Assembly (NCBI GenBank): GCA_016182915.1
Contig: JACPFP010000003.1
Location: 315,685-379,684, forward strand
Length of the DNA: 64,000 nucleotides
Direction of reading: 5' to 3'
From: Candidatus Dojkabacteria bacterium
GTDB taxonomy: Bacteria; Patescibacteriota; Dojkabacteria; SC72
Of this stretch, positions 39,882-49,139 are shown in pieces. The translations under genes and the position numbers were made by a program. The stretch's first letter is position 1. Every line of letters begins with the position of its first letter. The notes beneath the pieces are model-generated. The model worked only from the letters and a program-made list of their open reading frames with translations, was not told the origin of the DNA and did not search any database.

Positions 39882-41402
39882 CTATCTAGCTACTTCAACA
39901 GCTCTGAACTCTCTGATTACAGAGACCTCCACATTACCTGGATAGTTCTGTGTTTTCTGAATATGTTCAGCAATTTTCTTTGCAAGAACTTTAATCTCAC
40001 TATCACTAGCAACATTTGGATTTACAATAACCCTGAGTTCTCTTCCAGCTCTAATTGCAAATACCTCCATAATCTTATCCCCAGCAATCTCTTTAGCGGC
40101 GTTTTCAATTCCTTCAATTCTCTTAACATACTGTTCGTAGCTGTCCTTTCTGGCACCAGGTCTTGCTCCTGAGATTGAGTCTGCTATATGAACAATCATT
40201 GCTTCAACTGACTGTGGTTCAATATCTAAGTGGTGTGCCTCAATTGCGTTTACTAGCTTATCATCTAATCCATACTTTCTAGCTACCTGTCCTGAAATAT
40301 GGTGGTGAGGAATATCAAGCTTATGACTTAATATTTTACCAACATCATGAAGAAGACACGCCTTCTTAACAAGATCAACATCCGCATTGAGCTCTGCAGC
40401 AAGTGCAGATCCAAGTCTAATAAGTTCAATGGTATGAGACATAAGGGTCTGTCCATAACTTGTTCTATACTTCATCTTTCCAATCAATTTGAGGAGACCT
40501 ATGTCAATTCCTGGCCAACCCGCTTCCTCAGCAAGAATCTGACCGTTCTTTTTAATCTCCTGAGCAATATCATTCTTAGCCTTTCTAATTGCTTCTTCAA
40601 TTGAGCCTGGGTGAATTCTTCCATCACCAACAAGTTTTGTTAGAGCAACCTTTGCAATCTCTCTTCTAAGAGGATCAAAGGATGAAAGTCCTATTGTTGT
40701 AGGGGAGTCGTCAACAATAACATCAACGCCGGTTGCCTTTTCAAAGGCCCTAATATTTCTTCCTTCTTTACCGATAATTCTTCCTTTCACCTTATCGTCT
40801 TCAATCTTAACAGAGGTTGTGGTAGTCTCACCCACATAATCGGTTTCAACCTTCTGCATTGCTTCTATAAGGAGTTCTTTTGCTTTTTCATCAGAGATTT
40901 CTTCAGCCTTCTTCTCAGCTTTTCTAATTAACTGAGCCTCATAGTCAGCCATATCAGCCTCTACTTCCTGCATCAGCTTCTTTTTGGCTTCCTCTCTCGT
41001 TAGGCTGGAAATGGCTTCTAACTCTGTTTTAAGCTTGGCTCTGGTATTCTCCAATCCTTTTTGCATATTCTTGATCTCCTGGGAACCTTTCTCTAGCTCC
41101 TCACTCTTTTCATCCAACATCTTTGCCCTTCCATTCAACTTCCTTTCTCTCTCAATCAAGAGTTCCTCTTGTGTCATCATTTCTTTTCTGACTTTCCTCA
41201 TTCTCTCTTCTGTCTCTCTTCTAGCACTCTCCACCTCTTCATTCACTTGGTTCATCTTCTCTGCAATCTTTTTATTTGCAGTTTCTAAAATAACTTCCTC
41301 AGGGATATTTTTAATTCCTACCCATTTCTTAACAAATCTAAGGTATGAGTATGTACCTCCTGTTGCAACAAGTGCAGCCACTAAAGCAATTACAGCTTCC
41401 AT
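39882..41402 (-). CDS. rny: Ribonuclease Y
   Basis: N-terminal TM, coiled coil, KH KGRIIGKEGRNIR, HD LLHDVGK, ISGARPGAR. Confidence 0.98.
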   Translation of the reverse strand: MEAVIALVAALVATGGTYSYLRFVKKWVGIKNIPEEVILETANKKIAEKMNQVNEEVESARRETEERMRKVRKEMMTQEELLIERERKLNGRAKMLDEKSEELEKGSQEIKNMQKGLENTRAKLKTELEAISSLTREEAKKKLMQEVEADMADYEAQLIRKAEKKAEEISDEKAKELLIEAMQKVETDYVGETTTTSVKIEDDKVKGRIIGKEGRNIRAFEKATGVDVIVDDSPTTIGLSSFDPLRREIAKVALTKLVGDGRIHPGSIEEAIRKAKNDIAQEIKKNGQILAEEAGWPGIDIGLLKLIGKMKYRTSYGQTLMSHTIELIRLGSALAAELNADVDLVKKACLLHDVGKILSHKLDIPHHHISGQVARKYGLDDKLVNAIEAHHLDIEPQSVEAMIVHIADSISGARPGARKDSYEQYVKRIEGIENAAKEIAGDKIMEVFAIRAGRELRVIVNPNVASDSEIKVLAKKIAEHIQKTQNYPGNVEVSVIREFRAVEVAR

Positions 41403-41429
41403 AGTATTAACTACTAAATTAAACTAGTC

Positions 41430-41593
41430 TTGCTGAAGTATTTTGTTTGATATGAAAGGGTGTATATACGAGAAATAGCCAAGTATTATCTACTTAGGTT
41501 TCCCACTTGTTTTAGACTTTTATGTGAAATAAATCTAATCATATATATATTTAAATCTTCTTCGTTTATCAAAATTTTTAATACTTACAGCAA
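41430..41593 (-). ncRNA. Putative 6S-like structured RNA
   Basis: Nested long-range pairings TTGCTG(T)AAGTATT/AATACTTCAGCAA, TTTGATA/TATCAAA, ATATATGA/TCGTATAT around an unpaired bubble; immediately 5' of rny. Confidence 0.55.
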
Positions 41594-41659
41594 ATATAAA
41601 TGTAATAATATATTTACACGACAATGATATCATTTAACGACGATTAGGGCAATAAAAAG

Positions 41660-42034
41660 TTACGCTATGAAACCGGCATACGAGTTCCCTTCTCCAATAA
41701 AGATATGTGTATTATCACCAGAATTGAGATCGAAAAGGGTTAAATGAATAAATTCATTATCTGTGGAAAATGGGTTAATTTCACCGTACGATTTAGTAGT
41801 TAGTACACCACCTTTAAACTCAAGAGCTTCATTTCCACCTGAGCAATACCTGTCAGGACCAGCGAGAAAGACACTACAGTACTGACCCACTTTAAAGCTC
41901 TTAATTACTTGATTAACAGTTTCACCTGAGAGAGATTCTGGCGGTAGAGTCATAATCCAATCTCCTTTTCGGTTAGCTTTAAAGTCGAATAACAAAGCTT
42001 CTACCTGAGTTTGAACTTCCAAAACACTTGGCAT
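41660..42034 (-). CDS. Hypothetical protein (LAGPD family, paralog of 43755..44099)
   Basis: 124 aa; VFLAGPD...FKGGVL. Confidence 0.6.
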   Translation of the reverse strand: MPSVLEVQTQVEALLFDFKANRKGDWIMTLPPESLSGETVNQVIKSFKVGQYCSVFLAGPDRYCSGGNEALEFKGGVLTTKSYGEINPFSTDNEFIHLTLFDLNSGDNTHIFIGEGNSYAGFIA

Positions 42035-42055
42035 AACTAGTCAATTAAAAGTTAT

Positions 42056-42379
42056 TTAAGTAATTTCCCATCCCTTACCAGGAACGTACTCATTCAGAAA
42101 AAAGGTTACGACTCCTTCTTTAGTAGAGACTTCAACTGCAACAATCTCCTCCATATCACTAAACTTTTTAATGCTAAAACACTTTCCGTTTTCTGGTAAA
42201 AGCTCTCTGCCATTAACGGCTATTCCATTTAGTGTAGAAAACATTTCACCATGAATTGGTGATTCATTATTTTCATCTGGGAATTGGACTGATGTAGCAG
42301 TAAGAAGCTCTTCATTAAGTATTTCTTCAACACCTACTTCTAAAGATTTCTCTAACCTTAAATTCAAATCCTTGTTCAT
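42056..42379 (-). CDS. Hypothetical protein
   Basis: 107-aa acidic ORF. Confidence 0.55.
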   Translation of the reverse strand: MNKDLNLRLEKSLEVGVEEILNEELLTATSVQFPDENNESPIHGEMFSTLNGIAVNGRELLPENGKCFSIKKFSDMEEIVAVEVSTKEGVVTFFLNEYVPGKGWEIT

Positions 42380-42480
42380 CGCTATGTGACTCTATCTTAT
42401 AGGGTGTATTATACCGCTTTATTAATACTTATCACAAGACTACTATACATGACCTTTTATTGTTGCTATAACTATTAAAT

Positions 42481-43758
42481 ATGGTTGAACTAAATGAGAC
42501 AAAAGCAATTAATCAAGAGAGGAAAATAAATAGAAACTTCAGATTCTTTGGTCTTACAGTTTTCTTTTTCGGTATGTCTGATGGGATACTTAGTTACTTT
42601 GCCCCTAAAGTTGTGGTTGAAGCTGGATACTCAAATACACAGATGGGAATACTAATGGCCCTATCCTCCGTTTTCGGAGCCATTCTGGATATTGTACTCT
42701 CAAGAGTGCTCAGAAATACCCACTACTACAGACTATATTTTTATGCTCTACTACTCATGATCTCGTTCCCATTCCTCCTCCTTACGTCTTCCTACTACTT
42801 CCTCCTTCTCATCTCAATGGCGATTTGGGCATTATATTGCAACCTTAGTTCCTTTGGGTACTACGATTATATTGCTCGCGTAACGAAAAAGAGTGAGCAT
42901 GCCTCCTCATTTGGGTTTTTGGATATCTACAGTAGTATGGGATACGTAGTGGCTCCTCTAATTGCAGGAACAATTGCGATAACCTCACTTGGTATAAAGG
43001 GAGCGGTAATTCCGATATTTGTATCTATTATGGGCTTAATATTTCTTATCGCAACAAGATTTTCACAACCGCGTAAAGAAAAGAGTGTGTTTGAAGTTGA
43101 ACATAAGAATACAAGGAGTTTCTTGGAAGAGATGGTAATCTGGAAAAGGGTCATAGTAAGGATGTGGCCGATGTTAATACTCTTTCTGAGTCTCTGTATA
43201 ATGGAAGCTGTTTTTTGGACTATGGCACCAGTTATAGAACTAGTATCCGCAAATTTAAAGGGTTATGGTGGTATTATTCTTACAGCAGCAATTGTTCCTT
43301 CCCTCTTAATAAACTGGAGCGTTGGTCCACTCACAAAATTATTTGGAAAGAAGAATACTGCATATACAACCTTCCTGTTTAGTAATGTATTTCTTTTTAT
43401 AATTGGGTTTGTAAATAATCCTGGAGTAATTGTTCTTCTAATTTTCATTACATACATTCTTCAATCTATTACCTTTCCTGCCATGGGGGGAGCCATAGCA
43501 GACTATTTGAAAGAGTCACAATCATACGACAGGGAAATATTAAGTACTAAAGATTTCTTTGGGAATCTAGGATATATAATCGGACCAGCAATAACCGGAA
43601 TACTTATGGATAGGATTGGGGGATTAGGAGTATTTAGTTACATGGCGATAATGGGATTTATTATTTCTCTAATACTAATTTTCTTTGCACCGAGAAGGAT
43701 ACCTTTCTACGATAGGAATATTGAAGTGGAGGAGAACCTAAGTAAGTTGGAGATTTAA
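42481..43758 (+). CDS. MFS transporter
   Basis: About 12 TM; GYVVAPLIAG and GYIIGPAITG repeats, LTKLFGKK loop. Confidence 0.88.
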   Translation: MVELNETKAINQERKINRNFRFFGLTVFFFGMSDGILSYFAPKVVVEAGYSNTQMGILMALSSVFGAILDIVLSRVLRNTHYYRLYFYALLLMISFPFLLLTSSYYFLLLISMAIWALYCNLSSFGYYDYIARVTKKSEHASSFGFLDIYSSMGYVVAPLIAGTIAITSLGIKGAVIPIFVSIMGLIFLIATRFSQPRKEKSVFEVEHKNTRSFLEEMVIWKRVIVRMWPMLILFLSLCIMEAVFWTMAPVIELVSANLKGYGGIILTAAIVPSLLINWSVGPLTKLFGKKNTAYTTFLFSNVFLFIIGFVNNPGVIVLLIFITYILQSITFPAMGGAIADYLKESQSYDREILSTKDFFGNLGYIIGPAITGILMDRIGGLGVFSYMAIMGFIISLILIFFAPRRIPFYDRNIEVEENLSKLEI

Positions 43759-44099
43759 TTAACTTCACGATAGAAGATTGCCTTATTTCCTTCTCTATCA
43801 CTGATGTAGTATCCGACAAGCATATTATTTCCTATACTGTTAAGCCTTTTAACTTCTAGCTCACCACCCAGAACAACTTCTCCTTCATTTAGTCTTAAAA
43901 CTCCATCTTCATATACAACTGAATCCATTAATTTCATACTACTATCAGGACCTGCAAGAACTTTATTAACAGTAAGCCCGTCTTCATATAATGAAACTAT
44001 ATCTGATGCTTTAAAAGATGAAGTTTCACCTTCTCTACAAACGAACATCATTAAAACATCTCCGTAAGAATATGTAACTCCCTTTTCAAATGTTGGCAT
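43755..44099 (-). CDS. Hypothetical protein (LAGPD family)
   Basis: 114 aa; KVLAGPD...YEDGVL. Confidence 0.6.
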   Translation of the reverse strand: MPTFEKGVTYSYGDVLMMFVCREGETSSFKASDIVSLYEDGLTVNKVLAGPDSSMKLMDSVVYEDGVLRLNEGEVVLGGELEVKRLNSIGNNMLVGYYISDREGNKAIFYREVN

Positions 44100-44152
44100 A
44101 ATATATACTCCTAAATTATATTCCTTTCATATTACGCAATAGGCAACTAAGC

Positions 44153-44491
44153 TCAAGCAACAGTCTCGGTTGGAGCAGGAACTCCCACAAGAATCATATC
44201 ATTATCACCATGTACCCAGATTTCGCCATCCTTTTCTACAACTAAGAATATTCCATTTTTTGGATAAAGTCTTGTATCTACCGGTCCTATATTAAAATAG
44301 ATATTATCAGTGAAAGTAGGCTTAACTGTTTCAAGATGAGAATCGTCACTATATTCCATAAGTGGCCCAATGTAGAACTGCGCCATATTCTTCAATTTTC
44401 CAACAATTTCTCTACCGCTCTTTGCATTTGCCTCAACACGATATTGAGACTCAACTAAACTCATTTCTACACCTGAAGACATAACAGCCAT
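44153..44491 (-). CDS. Hypothetical protein
   Basis: 112-aa ORF downstream of tgt. Confidence 0.55.
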   Translation of the reverse strand: MAVMSSGVEMSLVESQYRVEANAKSGREIVGKLKNMAQFYIGPLMEYSDDSHLETVKPTFTDNIYFNIGPVDTRLYPKNGIFLVVEKDGEIWVHGDNDMILVGVPAPTETVA

Positions 44492-44531
44492 AATAATAGG
44501 GTATTAAAATTTATATATCCTATAACAAGAA

Positions 44532-45560
44532 TTATACCTCAGACTGTAACTTCTCAACAAGCCTCTGATAGAAACGGAGATTATGTATTGTCGCAAGAAT
44601 CATTCCCGTAGCTTCTCCAACCCTAATCATATGATGAATATATGCTCTTGTATGATTGAGACATGCCTCACAATCACAAGTACTATCGATTGGTTTAATA
44701 TCTTTAGAATACTGAGAGTTTTTAAGCCTCAAGATATAATCGGCCTCATCGAAAGAATATAGTGTTCCATGCCTTGCATTCCTTGTTACCAAAACTGTAT
44801 CAAAAACTGTATAGCCAATCTCAGCCGAATCAACGATATCCTGCGGTTTACCTACTCCCATTGCATATTTGAATTTATCCTTTGGAGTATTCTCTAAAAC
44901 AACTTTCATCTCCTCTATAACCAGCTTCCCATTATCATCAATCACATACCCTCCGAAATTGTAACCATCAAAACCCATCTTAGAAAGTTCTTTTGCACAG
45001 TATTCTCTTAAGTCAAGAAAGTTTGCTCCCTGTACTACGGCAGATATTAACTTACCTTTCTCATAGCCTCCGAGTTTCTTGAAGTGGGCAAGAGATCGCT
45101 TCCCCCACTCTAGTGTTCTTTCAACCGATATCTCAGCTTCCCTTCTATCTACCTGCGCATCCCTGCAATCATCAAGGGCAACAAGAATATCAGTACCTAG
45201 TTTCATTTGAATCTCAACCGAAGACTCAGGGGTGAGGGTATATATCTTCCCTTCTCTTGGGGACTTAAAGGTTGCCCCGTTGCTATCAATCTTCCCTTCC
45301 CATTTCTTTGAATGGAGAAGTGAGAATACCTGGAAACCTCCAGAATCACTTAGCATATATCCCTCATTCCAATTCATAAACTTGTGAATACCACCAAGAT
45401 CAGCAATTGCATCTGCTCCTGGATGAATTAGAAGGTGAAGAGTGTTAACAACAATGTTCTTGGTTCCAGTATCTTTTAACTGGGTTGATGTTAGAAAACG
45501 CACAGCACCTCTAGTTGCATCTGGCATAAAGGTTATTTTCTTTCCAAAATCTTCTATCAT
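44532..45560 (-). CDS. tgt: tRNA-guanine transglycosylase
   Basis: NTLHL, DSGGFQVFSL, VQG, MGVG, TRNARHG, CDCEAC, HNL. Confidence 0.95.
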   Translation of the reverse strand: MIEDFGKKITFMPDATRGAVRFLTSTQLKDTGTKNIVVNTLHLLIHPGADAIADLGGIHKFMNWNEGYMLSDSGGFQVFSLLHSKKWEGKIDSNGATFKSPREGKIYTLTPESSVEIQMKLGTDILVALDDCRDAQVDRREAEISVERTLEWGKRSLAHFKKLGGYEKGKLISAVVQGANFLDLREYCAKELSKMGFDGYNFGGYVIDDNGKLVIEEMKVVLENTPKDKFKYAMGVGKPQDIVDSAEIGYTVFDTVLVTRNARHGTLYSFDEADYILRLKNSQYSKDIKPIDSTCDCEACLNHTRAYIHHMIRVGEATGMILATIHNLRFYQRLVEKLQSEV

Positions 45561-46612
45561 ATTATCAACATACTATCTCCATAACTTAAAAAATTGTATT
45601 TATCCTTAATAGCTTCCGTATATGCTTCCACTATAAAGTCGTAACCTGTAAAGGAGGATATCATAACAACAAGACTACTTTTAGGAGCATGAAAGTTTGT
45701 AATCATATGATTTACAATCTTCCACTCGTACCCCGGATATATGTATATACTTGTTTCTCCTGTGTACTCCTTAACATAGTATTTGTCCCCAATCTTCTGA
45801 GCCACACTTTCAAGAACTCTTGCAGAGGTTGTGCCTAATGCCCAAACTCCATTACCACTCTTGATTGCCTCATTGATTATATCAGCACTCTCCTTACTAA
45901 CTTCAATATATTCAGAATGTATCTTATGGTCCTCAATATTTTCAGTACGAATAGGGGCAAAGGTTCCCCATCCAACATTCAACTTCACCTCTACAACCTT
46001 CACTCCCTTCTCTTTCAACCGCTTTAACATTTCAGGGATTATATTAAGGCCTGAGGTTGGAGCGGCAGAGGAACCTACATGTTTTGCAAACACTGTATTA
46101 TACCTAACATAATCCTCTTTATTGTCTTCTCTTTTTAAGTATGGGGGGAGCGGGACATGACCTTCATGTTTAAACATCTCATCAATCACTCCCTTCTTCG
46201 ATGATATGAGAAAAATACTATCTTCAATCTTTCCCTCTACCTTTATCTGGGTATTTGTAACTTCCGAAGTTATTATATCCCCTTCATTCATATACTTTGC
46301 CCTTCCTAATATGCACTCCCAGTATTCAACTGACTCATCTGTTCCTCTGAAAACTTTGTTTAGAAAGAGTCCTTCTATTCTCTTCCCGTTTCTAGGGTTA
46401 GTAAAATATACTCTCACTTTTTCAACCTTTGTACTGTTTAGAACAAGGACGTCCCCTTCATTAATGTACTCTACTATATCTACATACTTTTTATGTTCTA
46501 TTGTCTTTTTCTCTCTATCCAATACCATTAATCGAGTGCTACCCCTCTGTTTAGGAGGGAACTTAGCTATAAGGGGGTCGGGTAGGTTGTAGTCAAAATC
46601 TGTGAGTTTCAT
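45557..46612 (-). CDS. queA: SAM:tRNA ribosyltransferase-isomerase
   Basis: DFDYNLP, GHVPLPPY, AAPTSGL, TNFHAPKS, SYGDSM; start set at MKLTDF (46612). Confidence 0.96.
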   Translation of the reverse strand: MKLTDFDYNLPDPLIAKFPPKQRGSTRLMVLDREKKTIEHKKYVDIVEYINEGDVLVLNSTKVEKVRVYFTNPRNGKRIEGLFLNKVFRGTDESVEYWECILGRAKYMNEGDIITSEVTNTQIKVEGKIEDSIFLISSKKGVIDEMFKHEGHVPLPPYLKREDNKEDYVRYNTVFAKHVGSSAAPTSGLNIIPEMLKRLKEKGVKVVEVKLNVGWGTFAPIRTENIEDHKIHSEYIEVSKESADIINEAIKSGNGVWALGTTSARVLESVAQKIGDKYYVKEYTGETSIYIYPGYEWKIVNHMITNFHAPKSSLVVMISSFTGYDFIVEAYTEAIKDKYNFLSYGDSMLII

Positions 46613-46625
46613 TGATGTGATTATA

Positions 46626-47516
46626 TCATTCAAAGTCTGGAAGTATATCCAGAGTCTTCTCCCGTTCTTTAAGCCATCTTTTAAACCTCTTATTCCACAG
46701 AACTGTGTTACCAAAGGTTGATTCTGTTTTAGATGCTCTCCTTAGAATCTCTGATAGATCCTTTCCCTGGACAGTTAACATTTGCATAAGGTAATTGAAT
46801 ATGTCTGTAAGTTCAAATGTATAATCAATCCTCTTTCTTAACCTATTTTCTTCACTACTTTTAAGAAGCTCCTCTGAAGCCAGATATAACTCCTCAATCT
46901 CATCCGTTAGAAGAGTGTATAGGTTTCCACGAGTGAAACGGATTGGGTTTCCAAGGCTCTCTAGCCACTCAGCTGATAGACTTTGATACTCCCTAATACT
47001 ACCAAGATTTACTTTAGAACCATTTCCCTGTCTGTAGTATGTTCTTAAACTTTCCATAATAGGATCTTTCTGAAGAGATTCAATTGCACGTTTAGATACT
47101 CTCATGTTTGCCAACCAGTCCTCGTAATCTGAGAAACCCGAACCTGTTTGAGAGATTGTATGCCTCATTAATGAGTATCTCGCCTCATTACTAAAATATT
47201 TGCTCCATAGGGCAGTCTCTAAATCTAAAGCACCATCCGAACTATATATCTCCCTTATAACATGTAGGCAACACCTACCCAATTCTATACAGAAGTCATC
47301 TGATGAGAGAACCTCCATATACTCAGGCAATATTGTTAATTCCGAAATTAGCAGTTGAACTCTATGAAACATTGGGTCCTCGGGAACCGCACAGCCATTC
47401 CGAATATCGGGAGGAGCCGAGCCTTTCATTGCTAAATACACAACCTCCCCCATACTTAGAGGTCTCCCTTGAGGCTCAAATTCATATCGGATTGGAAGGT
47501 CAATACCCTCTACCAT
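46626..47516 (-). CDS. Hypothetical protein with C-terminal MazG-like NTP pyrophosphatase motif
   Basis: DEIEELY...FELTDIFNY (EXXE...EXXD). Confidence 0.5.
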   Translation of the reverse strand: MVEGIDLPIRYEFEPQGRPLSMGEVVYLAMKGSAPPDIRNGCAVPEDPMFHRVQLLISELTILPEYMEVLSSDDFCIELGRCCLHVIREIYSSDGALDLETALWSKYFSNEARYSLMRHTISQTGSGFSDYEDWLANMRVSKRAIESLQKDPIMESLRTYYRQGNGSKVNLGSIREYQSLSAEWLESLGNPIRFTRGNLYTLLTDEIEELYLASEELLKSSEENRLRKRIDYTFELTDIFNYLMQMLTVQGKDLSEILRRASKTESTFGNTVLWNKRFKRWLKEREKTLDILPDFE

Positions 47517-47573
47517 TAATATTTCGTATTAAAATATATGGCAGTAGTTCTATATAAGTAATATATACTAAAA

Positions 47574-47615
47574 TTGACTTTAGTACACCTCAATTTAGTA
47601 TAGTGGACTATACTA
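47574..47615 (+). promoter_or_regulatory. Promoter with overlapping palindromic operator
   Basis: TTGACT (47574) - 16 nt - TAGTAT; perfect IR TAGTATAGT-GG-ACTATACTA at 47596-47615. Confidence 0.55.
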
Positions 47616-47684
47616 GAAACAATAATTTTAAAGCCATATAATCTCTTTTGTTAATACTGCCCATGTTTAGTTATATATACAAAC

Positions 47685-48404
47685 ATGGAAAATAGATGGG
47701 AGAGGATTGCTAAAAAATATTTTAAAAGTGTAAAACAGGACGATCACTCAGATTATGCGTATGAGAAGTATATTAACACCCCCTCTCTTCTAAGCCTCTG
47801 TAACATAGAGGGAGATTCGGTGCTGGACCTTGGCTGTGGGGATGGGAGATTTACCAAAAAGTTAGAAGATGAGTTTAGCGATGTGTACGCAGTTGACTAT
47901 TCTAACCAGATGTTAATTGAAGCGAAAAAGCTTTGCAAAAGGACTGTCTTCACGAAATCAGACCTTGAAAATAAATTTCCATACAAAGATAATTCCTTCA
48001 ATCTAGTAACCGGCAAACTTCTGTTGATGTATATAGAAGATTTAGACAATATATCTAAGGAATCTTTCAGAGTTTTAAAAAGTGGAGGGGCTTTAGTTGT
48101 GTCAGTAACTCATCCGCTAAAATGGATTTCAGAACAGATAAATGGGAATGTTGCCGAGAGGCTCTACAAAGGGTATCTAAGTGAAGCGAAAATAAGCGGT
48201 AACATAGCCAAAGATAAAGATTTACCTGTTGAGTTTATTAACCGTACAGTGCAGACATATATTAATACCTTTACAAAACAAGGCTTCGTTCTGGAAATAC
48301 TTGTAGAAACCGGTGTTTCAGACGCTTTTGTGATAAAATACCCACAGTATTTAGACTTTCAGCATAAGCCTTTTAGATTAAATATGAAATTTATAAAAAG
48401 ATGA
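47685..48404 (+). CDS. Class I SAM-dependent methyltransferase
   Basis: VLDLGCGDG, VDYS..M, RVLKSGG..VVSVTHP. Confidence 0.92.
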   Translation: MENRWERIAKKYFKSVKQDDHSDYAYEKYINTPSLLSLCNIEGDSVLDLGCGDGRFTKKLEDEFSDVYAVDYSNQMLIEAKKLCKRTVFTKSDLENKFPYKDNSFNLVTGKLLLMYIEDLDNISKESFRVLKSGGALVVSVTHPLKWISEQINGNVAERLYKGYLSEAKISGNIAKDKDLPVEFINRTVQTYINTFTKQGFVLEILVETGVSDAFVIKYPQYLDFQHKPFRLNMKFIKR

Positions 48405-49090
48405 AAGAATTCCATCCAGAACAATTACTAATTCTACAAAAGCTCCTATATTCAAAAGGTCTTCGATATTCACATATAAAGCCTTTGAACATGGAAGGAA
48501 GCCAGTTTACATTCCATTTAGACCAGCTTCTTAAGAAGAAATACATAGAAAAAAGCGATAGCAAGTACTTGCTGACAGATACAGGAAAAGAGCTCGCAAA
48601 TAGGATGGATTTAGGGGATGAGAAACTTGATGTGCAGGCAAAAGTATCAGTGATAATGGTATGCAAGAAAGATACCTTAGAGGAGATAGAATATCTTCTA
48701 TACACCAGACTCAAATCCCCGTTCTATGGATACCAAGGATTCCCAACGGGGAAAGTTAAAAAGGGTGAGAATATTCTAGATGCCGCAAAAAGAGAGTTAA
48801 AAGAAGAAACTGGTTTAACAGGTACACCACAGCTATTCAGCGTAAGGCATTATAAGATATACAACGAGAAGAAAGAACTCTTGGAGGACAAAATCTTCTT
48901 TGCATGCATGTTTACAAACCCAATTGGAAAACTCATTAACAATCCAGAGGGGAGATATAAGTGGGTAAAGAAGGATGAAGTTTGGGACTACCTCAAGAAA
49001 CCAGTACCTGAAATAAAGGAGCTCTTTGATGTAATGGAAAACCCTGATATTACTTTCTCAGAAGAGGAATACTCCACTGACGGTTTCTAA
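48401..49090 (+). CDS. wHTH-NUDIX fusion protein
   Basis: N-terminal FTFHLDQL...YLLTDTGK wHTH; Nudix box GKVKKGE....AKRELKEETGL. Confidence 0.88.
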   Translation: MKEFHPEQLLILQKLLYSKGLRYSHIKPLNMEGSQFTFHLDQLLKKKYIEKSDSKYLLTDTGKELANRMDLGDEKLDVQAKVSVIMVCKKDTLEEIEYLLYTRLKSPFYGYQGFPTGKVKKGENILDAAKRELKEETGLTGTPQLFSVRHYKIYNEKKELLEDKIFFACMFTNPIGKLINNPEGRYKWVKKDEVWDYLKKPVPEIKELFDVMENPDITFSEEEYSTDGF

Positions 49091-49139
49091 CATACAATCT
49101 TCCCATACCTGAACCCACCCATGTAGTATAATAATGATA

